Shown: positions 36,401 to 48,302, counted from the stretch's first letter. The stretch: 55,076 nt of DNA from Chara braunii (GCA_003427395.1 BFEA01000004.1:8428303-8483378), one strand, 5' to 3'. A program made the numbers and translations. The notes: generated from the sequence alone by a model not told the origin.

Positions 36401-38352
36401 TGGCACGCCAACCCCTTTTCGGGAATAGATGGATAACAGACCGGAACAGTAGAGTGTACTGCAGTTCAGGCACCCCATGGAACAACTGGGTAAAAAAAGG
36501 TATAACCACAATTAAAGATATATGGGACACACAGGTGGGAGACTGGAAAACCGCACAGCAACTCAGGGCCACACTCAAATATTATCATAAAGTGGAGGAA
36601 CACATTGAAACCTTGATCTTTGTCATCCCCCTGGACTGGGTTCGTATCCTGCGCAGAGGACCGCGGCTCGCAGAAGGGGATTGGGTAACAGCCCCGGGGG
36701 ATCAGGAGAGCATAGGCAACGTGGTGGAGGTGCGTGCAGACGAATCCCTGGTCGCTCTCTTCCACATTGGCAAGAACAACACGCTCACCCGGTACACCCC
36801 GGAAGTGATGAGATGGTGGAGGAACTCTGACCTGCACAGGATCCGGGTGATACAGGACAAAGAGGCGTGGATCGCATATCAGCCAGACACACCCGTGGCT
36901 GAACTCCCAAATGACCCCGAGGAGTGGCAGTGGTCTCCCCAGCGGAAACGCAGAAACGGGGACAACATGAAGTTGTACACCTTGACGGTGAAGGCCACCT
37001 ACCGGCTACTGCGACCGAAAGTGAATATAAAAGAAAAAGTGAAGGATCGATGGAGGTCTCACCTGAATATAGGAATTGAAGCAATTCGTTCTATCCGATG
37101 GTTCTCCACCACAAAGTCCAGGCCGGCGAAGATGGCCTCGCTACAATGGCAGATAGAACACCGTTGCCTACCCACCAACGACTGGCTGATCGACCGCACA
37201 TATCTGAAGCAGAAGGGACGGGCGCTGCCATGGTGTAAGTCGTGCCACACCGCCTTCCCCTCCCGCAAAATCCTGGAAACCATAGAGCACATATTCATGC
37301 AGTGTCCGGGAGCCGTGCGTACATGGCAGTGGTGGGATAGAATCTGGACACAGTTAGCCATCGGTTCCAAACTGGCCATGGGACTGGAGAGCCATATTGT
37401 GCGAAACATGGTCCTCTCCCACTGACAACGCTTTTGAAAACAACATGTTCAAGTTGGGAAGGAGAGCTGTCATATGGGCCCTCTGGAGAAAACATTGTAT
37501 TCTAGTAATAGAGGGGGTCCGTATAGCCGGGGAGGAAGTAACAGACATGATAAAACAGTTCATTCAACAAGAACTCAGGGCACAGTGGCAAAAAATAAAA
37601 AACCAACTGGATTTGTTTCAGACACCCAAAGACATAAAACAAGCAATTCAGCAATTCTCGGCGGATTGGTTGGGAAGTGAGAAGGGGGGCTGGATCGCCT
37701 TCGTCCAATGGGATGGCGCACCTGCTCAGGAATGCCACCAAGACGAGCTCAGGAGAGATTAGTCTATCAGTTTCATAGACTGGACCACGGTGGGACAGGA
37801 GATCCCGCTGCGACTACCCACCGATTTCCCTGATCCGTTTCCGACCCACCAGCTGGCAATGGTCGATATGCAATGGTATGGCGCAGAGTGAGCGAGGTGG
37901 AGTCTGAGGCGGAAGTTTTGCAGCAGATATCTGGCACCTGGCACCTGGTCTAAGGCGCAGCGCTTAACCCTAGACAGCAGTAGATAGGGCGGGGGGGGGA
38001 CTTGCTCAGTTGCCTTTGGTGTGTTAACAAAAAAAGAGGGCCTTTTGGGACCAGCAGGTGTTTTGCTGAATCTGGAAGTGGGGGAGCCAGGAAGAGATAG
38101 CAGTTATCTGGCGCCAGGATTAGGGTGAAGAGGCTCCCCCCTCCCAATCTCCTGCTCAGTCAATCCCATGGTTCTCAGGGTAATCAATGCTGGCAGGATC
38201 ATACCGCACTTTTCTGAGGTGACTAAATGTGACTTGAACCTTGTCTATGTAAGGGACGCTGGACCCGGTTTCCAGCAGGTGCTGCTCCCCACCAGTAGAT
38301 GGAGCCCCCCCCAGGTGCTAGCGGTGTCTGCTCTTACCAGCAACACTAGCAC
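33492..38352 (+). mobile_element. L1/Tx1-like LINE (copy C), truncated within the APE N-terminus; 3' end runs into a gap
   Basis: APE-RT-zf and 3' UTR; flanks rejoin as in the uninterrupted copy at 45950-45990. Confidence 0.92.
33520..37890 (+). pseudogene. LINE C ORF2 (APE-RT-zf); stops at 35761 and 37760, frameshift near 37360
   Basis: DIVCVQETH, IYAPN, AGDYN, SRIDLIL, NYRPITLL, DFEKAYD, QGDPL, FVDD, WCKSC..ETIEHIFMQC. Confidence 0.93.
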
Positions 38353-38770
38353 NNNNNNNNNNNNNNNNNNNNNNNNNNNNNNNNNNNNNNNNNNNNNNNN
38401 NNNNNNNNNNNNNNNNNNNNNNNNNNNNNNNNNNNNNNNNNNNNNNGGCCGCGACGGACTGCAGGATCTGGGCAAGTCGGTGCAGAAACTAATTTGGCAG
38501 GGTGACAATCGTTGGGGTACAGAGGTCGGTACGTGCTGGCCAAGATCGCCGGTGCCTACGCAAGGAAGGTGTGAGTGTTGACGAATGGTTGCATGGCCCG
38601 GGGCCACGGTGTGAGAGCATAAGGCCTTCACGCCTTGTTCTTCGTTCTTCTCTTGTTTTGGAAGCCAAGTGCATGGCGAAACGCCGATTTTTTTCAATTC
38701 TGCCAAGTGCAATTATGATTCTACCCCTCATCTTGGTCCATTTCTTCAGTCCATCTACGTCTTCGCCAAT

Positions 38771-38825
<55 letters not shown>

Positions 38826-39315
38826 GAATGATTGGATAACATAACATCTTCCTCGTATCTGTCCGTGTTTGAGTCACCACCCCGTTTGTCTCTTCTAGTC
38901 CGATCGGATCTCACATGTACAAACATCATCGAACTTAAGAGGTTAACAAGCTCACGCTATCTTGCTTGCTTGTTTTTCTTTCTTTGCTGGTTGCGCAATG
39001 ATTGGTGTGTGTTTGTGGTGAAGAACAACATGTGTGATCTTCTGCCCCATATTTATTGTTTATGCTCGAAGTTTCGTCGGGCAGACTCAGCCGAGCATAA
39101 AAACAAGTTGGGAGTGAAGCACTTTTTTGTATGGCTGAATTGCTATCTTGATGACTTGGATGAAATGAGAACTTGGTGTTATTTCCGTTTATGTGGGATT
39201 TCTTCATATCTATTTCGTTTGCTCCTTTTCTTCCCTCAATGAATGTCGATACTTGTGTTTTTGATCCCATCAAACGACGGATTGACTAGGCAAACGCTAC
39301 TAACCGGCTTATGGC

Positions 39316-39753
39316 ATGTGGACCGACCATACCAATCCGACTGGGCGCCAACTCCCCGTATCCCTAAAGCGCCCGTTCCCATATAACATGGAAAGGCCAC
39401 GTGTATGTGAGTGGGACGTACGAGAAGCGGTCGCAAAGATCGGAGGAAGATATTATTTCCCTCCCGAAACGAGGTGTTCTGGGTTTGTGGGTGCTGGATT
39501 TGTTCTCGTCGATACTCATTTTCCGCCTTGTTTCTTATTATTGCCCTTTAACGAGTTGATTGCCATCCCGTGGATGGCGGTGACACCCCATTGGCCCAAC
39601 ATTCTCTGCAGTGATTGTTGCGGCACCGAGCGTTATCCGGAAGGGGGTTCCACTACCGCAGACATTGCAAGGACGAGTTTAAGGAACGAGCAACCCGGCT
39701 GCGGCCTTCCACGTCGGATTCCGAGCTCTGCAGTGAGCAACGATGGGACATGA
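39316..39753 (+). CDS. Unknown ORF/exon carried by the TGT...ACA element (homolog at 46834-47125)
   Basis: Peptide conserved between the two copies, with many third-position changes. Confidence 0.5.
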   Translation: MWTDHTNPTGRQLPVSLKRPFPYNMERPRVCEWDVREAVAKIGGRYYFPPETRCSGFVGAGFVLVDTHFPPCFLLLPFNELIAIPWMAVTPHWPNILCSDCCGTERYPEGGSTTADIARTSLRNEQPGCGLPRRIPSSAVSNDGT

Positions 39754-40059
39754 TTCGAAAACGAGACCCCACGTGCGTACCCCCGCCTTTCCGTTCTAAA
39801 AGACGTCGAGTAGCCCACATGGAAGTTCAGAGTTACTTTTTTTTGGATTAGATGAACGTTTGAAAATTGTGCGCGCCTGTTCCATTCCCGCGCGGCAATG
39901 GCCATTTCTCACCAAACACTAGGACCACACGGGAGATTCTTGTTTTGTTCGGGTCTCCACACTCAATTTTCCAAAAACCCTTGGCACACCCCATCTTGCT
40001 GTTTCTCAGGGCCTCTTTTCCGCATTTTAATCACTCCAACTGGAAGACAGCACAGGGCG

Positions 40060-40416
40060 TGAGATTGAACGTCACATATTACTCCCTTTGGAAGGGTGCA
40101 CCAACCCCTCACCCCTACCTAAGTTAGCCTGATGTTCTAGTCTCCGAACCTGCTCTGATCTGAGCATCATTAGGGCTTGCACTTCCCCTGCAAGACCTGT
40201 CCCTCTTGCTCTCCACTACTTTATCAGGCTGTGCCCAGGCGGGAGGTTGAACGTCACATATTACTCCCTTTGGAAGGATGCACCACCACTCACCCCTACC
40301 TAAGTTAGTGTGATGTTCTAGTCTCCGAACCTGCTGTAATCTGAGCATTATTAGGGATTGCACTTCCCCTGCAAGACCTGTCCCTCTAGCTTTCCACTAC
40401 TTTATCAGGCTGTGCC
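40060..40416. repeat. 2 x 182 bp tandem duplication spanning the element end and LINE D UTR
   Basis: ttgaacgtcacatattactccc...tttatcaggctgtgcc occurs twice. Confidence 0.85.
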
Positions 40417-41340
40417 AAGAAATCCAAACTTGTGGTATTTCCTGTCTGTGTCTGGGAATCTCTGGCTACTCCTCAAAGCTTAGCTTATCTGCAAACTATA
40501 CCGCCTTGACGTAGGTTTTCCAAACCCTAAACCCTAGCGCAGCCGAGTTCTACTTTTTAGTTGCTGCTGTTTTGCTATTTCTTTATTTCTTTCTGCCTGC
40601 AAATTTCCTAAGTTAACCTATTGCTGCCGCTTCATTATACCTGGATCTGCCCCTCCCAACTTCTACCCATGGGGGGGGGGGGTCCAATCAGCATCTTCGG
40701 CTAGGTGTCGTTGTGCTCCTCTAAGCTATTTGCTGCCTGATGTGCTTACAACCCTAAAGTAATGCGGCACATTCTATTTTATAATGATTTCCTCCATGAG
40801 GTATGTTTCCTTTTTGTCTATAGTGCGCTGCCTAGGTTTAATCCGGGGCTGCTCATTGGGTTGTCTTTGACCTATGTGGTTCTGTCTCCTCTCATGTTCT
40901 GCTGGAACCTTCTATCCCCTGTTACCTCTCCGTTCCCTAGCCCCTCTGCTATCTCCTTGCTTCCCATATCACTCCTATCTCATACAAGCTGCCTAGTTTT
41001 CATCCTCCTGCTCCTATTCCTTGTTGGTTATCTTTCTGACTTCCAGTACCTGAGGACTGCGTAAAAGGTGGGGTGGGCCTCTTCTCATACTAGTCCAGGT
41101 CCATTGCAGCAATCCCATCATGCTGTCATCTGTCTATCCGGGTCCTACCTATCCGTCAAGTCTTCTTCCGGTTATTTCTGCTACTGACCCCTCTTTTAGC
41201 CATGTCCCTTCAAATTCCTTCTGGGTTCTGGCCTTCTTCAGATTGCCATCTTCTCTATCCATCCTTCCAAGGGCGTGTTTCCATTCCACTGTAATTTCAG
41301 CTTCCATAATCCCCTTTGCTTCCTCTCAGGATTCATTGCC

Positions 41341-41344
<4 letters not shown>

Positions 41345-41380
<36 letters not shown>

Positions 41381-41677
41381 AAAAGTCGTGCAGGCTGAGG
41401 TATAGGCAGGCCCTAACCTGATGGCCAGTGCTGTAATCACACTCCCACGACACACCCAGGGCAGAGCGGGGCATTCCAAGGCAGGAGACTCCCAATGGTA
41501 CCCAGTCCCTCATCGACCCTTTCCCCCCCTCAACTGGCTCAAATGAGTGCCGCGATCGAAATCCGCCATATTGGACTCCAGAGAATTTGCATCCCCGGCC
41601 GGGTACCCCACGGGGGGACGGCTGTAAGGTTGTGTAGATGTATGCGGGGCCGTGCCCGTTGAGAGTCCTGCTGGCTG
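41345..41677 (-). mobile_element. Short poly(A) retroposon (SINE or LINE tail) with 8-bp TSD
   Basis: TGCCAGTT at 41337-41344 and 41678-41685; poly(T) on + strand. Confidence 0.85.
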
Positions 41678-42516
41678 TGCCAGTTATGTTCTTGCTTCCT
41701 ATTGTTCCTGCACACCTAGCTGTCCGGAATACCCATATGGTTGTTTCCCTTAACAGCTCTATAACCGATCTGTCCTCGTCTGGGATTAGGTTCTCCCGCT
41801 CTTTGCTGCTAGAGGGAGAAAACTCCGATGGGTATTCAAAGGAAGAGAGCCTGGACCAGACTTTTTTGCATCTGTCCTAGAGGGATTTTGCATGTTGGCG
41901 GTTCAGAAGGCAATGTGTTAGAGTTTCCCATTCTTGATCATGGTACATTCAACAGAGCTGGAAGAAGTCAGTTCTGTCTCCTTCCTTGCATCTGGACTCT
42001 AGCCAGCCATTGACTGGGACCACCATGTTGATTATCGGCCACCGTAGGCTTCTTACCCAATATAGTCTAATTGATGCGTAGAAGGTCCAAGGTATTGTCT
42101 GCAGCCATGCTGGGTCTATTTGGAGGTTCTCATCTTGCAACAATGGCCTGCTGCCGGTTTTCCTCTCTACGCCTTATTTTAATATGTTGTACCCCTTCTT
42201 CACTGTGTATTTCTGTAGGGCTATCCATTTTTCAGCTCTGCCTCTCCCTCTATTTCCGTACCAGCCCCATTCAATTGGGTCTATTTGTCTGGCCTGGACA
42301 ACCAGACGGGGGTTTCTTGCCTTTTTCTTCCTCGCTTCGTTCGCTTTTGTTTATTTCTTAATTGCCTAACCTTCCGTAGATACTGTGTGTCTTGAATTCT
42401 AGGTTTATTTGGGAGTGTTTCCTTACTTCTAGTATTGATGATCTCCCCATGTTTTCTATTTCATGAACGTCAAAGTTCGCAATATGTGTATCAGGTGTTG
42501 AGTATCTAATGAATCG

Positions 42517-42779
<263 letters not shown>

Positions 42780-42962
42780 TGAAACAAAGTTGACCATGAG
42801 TGACACATAAAAGAATCTCCAATTGATGCCATTGTTGGCTAGTCAAACCACTACAATGAAACATGCACCATGTTTGAATTCCGTGGGACCCACATACTTT
42901 GCTCCCCTTCATTTCGTTGTGGTTGACGCACATGAGCCGAGGGTCCACAGCATCTGGATTCT

Positions 42963-43035
42963 GGGTGTGTAGCTTAGTTGGTAGAGCACTGGGCTTTTAA
43001 CCTAATGAAGGCAGGTTCAAATCCTGCATTCTCTA
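42963..43035 (+). tRNA. trnK: Mitochondrial-type tRNA-Lys(UUU) pseudogene (NUMT)
   Basis: gggtgtgtagcttagttggtagagcactgggcTTTtaacctaatg..gcaggttcaaatcctgc closely resembles plant mt trnK; acceptor stem degraded. Confidence 0.8.
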
Positions 43036-44988
43036 TAAGGTAGCCATCCATGACAACGTGGGTTAGAATGCTAATGTGGCAGGATAAGGTGTGGCTGAGC
43101 CCTAAGCTGATTGCAAACTCAGTTTAGGACTTCTGGCGGCGCTATTGAGATTGTTGATATGGCTGTCTATTAATCTGCCTTCACGTGTTTGTGAGCAGGT
43201 AGAGAATTGTGAATCACTTGCGTGATTATAGATTTCTCGGATAAATTGTGTATATTTTCAGTGCAAGGAGTGCGTCAGATCTAAAATAACCAAAACGGTC
43301 AGTTTCCTGTCTACCGCTTATCATGATAATGAAAAGATGATATGAAATGGCATTGGATTTTGTTCAAGAACAAAAGAGAGAGGATGTGAAGAAGTACACA
43401 GGGAAGGAGGGGGAAAATGTGATGAAGAATGGGAAAGATTGGGAGGAGTCGACGTGAATGACATGGACAACGAGCATTTCGAATTTGAGATCCTCCACTC
43501 CATGTGGGTACAGCCACAAGTCAAGTAGCTTCCCCAACCTGAAATCAACTGAACCAAAGCACAGATGCGTCGGTGAACAGCAGAACCTTTGTGGGATTAT
43601 ACTACAAAATGAGTTTGCCAGCCCAGTTTCTGGGCATAAGCATAATTTTCTGGTCCCATGCATAATTTTGTGGTCCCTGACAGAGGGCCAGCGGGATGAG
43701 GTACACGTATAATTTGCAGCAGGGGAAAAGTAGGGTACGACGCTAAGTTGGACACGGCCCAGGAAAAAGTGCAAGTTGGGCGCTGGCACTGTACCCCAGA
43801 AATCCCCACCTTTCAATGGGGTAAAGTTGCCAGTTTCCCCTTTTTCAAAACGACAACTGCCTTGAGGTATCATCATCCAACTGACCAGCTGAAGATAGTT
43901 CAGAGTTCATCTGCTTGCTTCAGGATTCGAGTTCATCTGCTTGCTTCAGGATTCAAACTTAGGTCTGTGTTTCTCAAACAGTCCATGAGTGTACCCCTGA
44001 GCCCCATAAGCTGGGTAAATGCATTCCATCCTCCCATCTTGCTCTACTTTTCTTGTATTGGAGATTCTTCTGCATTCATCCACAGTGAGTGTTTCCCGTC
44101 CCAGTAGGATTTGAAATCACAACCTGTTCGTCAACACTTATGTGCGACCATTGGCGAACACTTCTACGGCAAGGATCATGTGTCCATCTCTGCTCAGGTC
44201 AGTGGACTGTATAAGGCCATGTGACCTTTCCTTCTACCAGGGCACAGGCGCGGCTACTCTGGGCTGCGGCCCGCCATCCTCACCGTCAGAATCACTTCAA
44301 CTGAATAGCCTCAGAAGCTACACATGAAAAAAAGGAACAAATAAAACATGGTTGCCCCACCTTCCCCCCTCCCTACACGCCCTTCATACCCAGACATAAC
44401 TGCATCCCTACTCTGCAGTACAAGCAGTACACCGGTAGATGTATAGCCACCATGCACCCCTCTACATTAGCCGTCCACTAGACCCCTCTCCGGTCTGATC
44501 ATTCTTGGTTGTTTATCATCTTGAGGCATGCTAGCCTCTGTCATCAGTAGGTTCCTGGTCACAACCTCTGTCATCACTAGGTTCCTGGCCACTCCATCCA
44601 TCCCAAACCTCGGTCATCAACTAGACTCCTTCAGTCCTTGTAGTCGTGTCTTGTCATCACCCAGAGCAGCTCCTTGTCTCCGTCATCAGTAGGTACACTG
44701 CCACCATCCGTTCCCAAACCTCTGTCATCAACTGGGCCTACTCTGGTCTATTTGTTATGGGAAGCAGACAATCCCTCCGCTACAAATCCCTCCATGACCA
44801 TCCCACCTGTGGCCCTACCCCCTCAAAGCAAGGCCCTAAGGTAACCAAATACAACATGACCATCCCCACCTGAACCCCAGCTATATCCATACTATGCAAT
44901 ACGAAGGGCCGATGAGAATCGAGCCCTGGGCCTCTCCCTTGCATCACCCTAGCTCAACCTACCTGTCTATCTACTGCACTAGGCTGCG

Positions 44989-47187
44989 TGTGACGTACCA
45001 ACTTCCGTACCCAAATGTCCTGAAGCCCTGAGTTTTTGTCGGGTTTCTCTTGGGCTCTCTCTGGGTACCCCTTCTTTTTGCTATCTCCCCGGTGTGAGAA
45101 ATCACAAGCCAACCAGGCCCTCTCATGCCTAAAACGACGTTTCTTTTTTAATTTCACTGCAATTTCCTTTCGGCATCTACGTAGGAATTTTACGTTTCGG
45201 CAGTTGGAAATTCTGGGATTTACCGGCGCTCTTCTCACTGACGTGTCGTTTCTTGCAAAATGGATGTTCCAGCACTCGCCCTTGAAAGATTTGTGAATTT
45301 TCAGTAGGCGGCTAGATAGACGTAGGATTTCGCATGCTCAATCCCGTGAGCTGGTATCACATTTGAATTTCTCAATCTTGAACTAGCTTTAGGATGGAAC
45401 ATAACTGTTTTGGTGCCTTTTCCTTTTCGCCACAGCGCCATGCATGCAAGTTTCACCCGCTCCCTGCTAGTACCCATACCTTCTTCACCCTCCTTTTCTT
45501 TGCGCCTTCTCTCCTTCACCTGTAACAGTTTTCCATCCCCTCCCTCTCGCGCTTCATCCCCACTCCTCGTCTGAATCTTGGTCCCGTTCCGCACCGCTTT
45601 TCGCGCTCTCCTCCTTCCTGCCTCCAGCCCCATATCGGAACTTCCTACCGATCCCCCTCAAGTATTCGGAGTCATCAGGCGACGTCGTGTAGGGAGGATA
45701 CTCCCCACACGCGGTGATCTAATTGGCTGCGAGGAAACCTGTGGGGATCGATACGGCTTTCCCTGGGCGGTTATCCCAAACTCCCTCTTCACCCCTCTCT
45801 ATCCCCACCCCACGCTTCTCCATCTTCTATTTCCCTCCTCGCAACTATAAAACCCGCAAGCGCACCTGAAAATCTCTCTCTCAACCCATCTGCCAGCGTC
45901 AGGGAAGTCGTGGCTAGGTGATGTGCAAGTAGCAAGTCAGAGAGTCCCGACGAGCCGACTGCAGCGCATGCATAGCTGTGCGCCGGTTGGTCGCGACGTA
46001 CTGCAGAATCTCGGCAAGTTGGTGCAGCAGTCGAGTTGGCGGGGTGACGATCGCTGGGTTTGGAGGTTGGTATGTGGTGGCTGGGATCGTCAGTACCTGA
46101 GTGAGAGGAGTATGCGTGTGTATGAATGGTTGCATGGCCAGGGGTCATGATCAGAGAGCAGAGGCCGGTGCGCCTTGAGTTCCGGATCCTTCTTCTTTTG
46201 ATTCTCAGAAAGCTAAGTCCATGGCGGATAGCCGAGTGCTCCCCCTCAAGATTGTCTATGCGATCAGAATTATTTTCCCATCCCCTCAATTCCCTTCTTC
46301 GGTCAAGCTATGTCTCTCTTTCTCTCCTCTCCTTCTCTCTCTCCTGTCTCCTTGAAAGCTGAAATGACTCAGGATTTCTTTGATTTGCTCACCCCTGTTG
46401 AATTCAATCGGATCTCGCATGAACGAGTATCGTGAACTCAAAAAGGGCCGGAAGATCTTAATCCGTTTCTCTCTTCTGCTGTTGATGCATCTCTCGAACA
46501 TCTGAAGAGTCGTGAATGTGAGATGGGATGTATATTTGTATTAATCAGGTTAGCTGTGCATGAATCACACTAAGGTTATGGATATCCATGTTTGTCGCTC
46601 CCTTGATGGATGATGATTGTCGCCGCAATCATGAATCACACTAAGGTTATGGATATCCATGTTTGTCGCTCCCTTGATGGATGATGATTGTCGCCGCAAT
46701 TGAATCAAACTCACACCTTTCTTTTTTATCGGTTTGCTGGAAATTGCAATAAAACTTATAGCATCATTACCGATTTTCTTCGTGATTAAGCAATCGATTG
46801 AGTAAACTCACGTATTCGGAATTTGCTTGTGCCATGTGGACCGATTGTTCCGATCCGACCGGTGCCGACTTCCCGCACCCCCATCATGACCATTCCCGTA
46901 TAACAAGGACAGGACACGTGTTTCTGAGTGGGACGTACGGGAAGTCGTCGCCAAGATCAGCGGTTGATATTATTTTCCGCCCGAGACAAGGTGCTCTGGG
47001 TTTGTGGGCACTGGTTTTGTCATTATCGATACTCACTACCCTCCGTACTCATTGCTATTGCCTTTCAACGAGCTGATTGTCATCTCGTGGGCGGCAGTAA
47101 CACCCCACTGGCCTAACATTTTGTGCATTCTGCACAATTAATCGCTCCGCCCGGAAGACAGACTAGGGCGTGAGGTTGAACGTCACA
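44989..47187. mobile_element. TGT...ACA element copy 2 with imperfect TIRs and perfect 4-bp TSD TGCG
   Basis: tgcg|TGTGACGTACCAACTTC ... GAGGTTGAACGTCACA|tgcg. Confidence 0.85.
46559..46700. repeat. 2 x 71 bp identical tandem duplication
   Basis: catgaatcacactaagg...gtcgccgcaat occurs twice. Confidence 0.9.
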
Positions 47188-47237
47188 TGCGGAACAAGTA
47201 CGTAGGGTGCCAACCTAGCACCAACGCAGAGGAGGTT

Positions 47238-47310
47238 GAGGGCCGACAGAATCAAACCCGCAACCTCCCCATTGCCATGGCAGAGCTCTAACCCACTGAG
47301 CTGGCAAAGC
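47238..47310 (-). pseudogene. tRNA-like sequence (probable SINE head)
   Basis: Minus strand agctcagtgggttagagc (A box/D arm) ... gaggttgcgggtttgattc (degenerate B box/T arm). Confidence 0.6.
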
Positions 47311-47394
47311 TATAACCCACTGAGTAACCAGGCTTGTCCAGGAGTCTCCTATTTTCTAGAGCAGTCCCTGAGGAAGTTGCAAACATAGGGCCCT

Positions 47395-47937
47395 GTCCTT
47401 CAGGACATCCGTTAAAATTGGAACGATACAGAGAAGATTTTTTTTTATTTTTTTTTTTTCTATATTCTTCTCTCNACTTCTGTTTTTGCCTTTCACTACT
47501 ACTCCTAAGGCTATCTAGAGGGGACCCCTGCAAGCATAGTTTCCTCTCACTGTGAAGGGGAGATTTCATGTTGCCCCTTGCCCCTAATGTTGAGGGTATA
47601 GGGTTGGGGCCGCCAGTGGGGGTCTGGCTAACACAAAGACCGAGACCTGCCAGTAGCTGCGCCTCCCTTTCTCATCGTCCCCCACCCCTCATCCAGTAGC
47701 AGCAGTAGCTATGGCCAACACTCTCCCACACACCACACACAACCCACTCGCACTCGCACTCACACCCATGTTGGTCATAGATTCCACTAATACCGATCAG
47801 GAGTATCCTGAGGACTATCCCAATTCGTTGGCACTAAGTGCGCCGCAGGCTGTCATGGGGCTTGAACCCACAACCTCCTGATGGCATGGCCCCTGCACAC
47901 AAGGATGACACGCACAAATCAAGAAATGGTCCAAATT
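47395..47937 (+). pseudogene. U6: U6 snRNA retrocopy split by an insertion (U6 at 47395-47439 and 47884-47937)
   Basis: gacatccg.taaaattggaacgatacagagaagatt ... gcatggcccctgc.caaggatgacacgcacaaatc.agaaatggtccaaatt; A-rich tail; flanks agggcc(c)t. Confidence 0.92.
47440..47883 (-). mobile_element. tRNA-derived SINE, 5'-truncated, inserted in U6
   Basis: Poly(T) at left; right end on minus strand caggaggttgtgggttcaagcccc is a tRNA variable arm/T-arm. Confidence 0.75.
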
Positions 47938-48302
47938 GAAAAGAAAAGAAAAAAAGAAAAAAAAAGGGCCTCCAGGGCCTCAACCATTCAAAAAACCACT
48001 GCTCCCTGGGTTTCGGTTCCTAGACAGGTGAAAATATGTATGGGTCTTCCAGCAGGGCAGGTCTGGAGGTACTGGTGGTGGTTAATCAGGATGTGAACTC
48101 GTTGACAGTTACAAGTGTTCACCATTCAGCCCCATGGGCTGCGTGATCCTCTAGTACTTGACCTCGGCATGCAACTTGTTGGGGCTCTTTCGTAGGCACG
48201 CTCGTTTGCCTTTTGCCATGACCACTGACTTGCCAGTGGAATAGGAACCGGACTGATGCTCCCCAGAATGGAAAGGAGCCAGAACCATACGATTCTGTTT
48301 TC

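Larger units (their letters stand above)
32489..40076. mobile_element. TGT...ACA element copy 1 (4-bp TSD gatt/tatt), interrupted by LINE C
   Basis: Colinear with 44989-47187; ends ttgacgtgccaac... and ...ttgaacgtcaca; empty site reconstructed from the LINE B 3' UTR. Confidence 0.8.
32303..42515 (-). mobile_element. 5'-truncated LINE-B-related copy (D), interrupted at 32489-40076 and 41345-41677
   Basis: zf-RVT remnants at ~41700-42100; 3' UTR halves 40077-40760 and 32340-32488 join to match 14500-14860 of LINE B. Confidence 0.75.

Noticed and set aside
44533-44740. Spaced ctctgtcatca repeats as a CRISPR array or hammerheads (minus strand CTGATGA)
   Set aside because: Repeats are degenerate, spacers are related and irregular, there are no cas genes, and no stem II/GAAA follows
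47440-47883. Spliceosomal intron in U6, as in some fungi
   Set aside because: No GT...AG ends; poly(T) and a tRNA-derived end indicate an antisense retroposon
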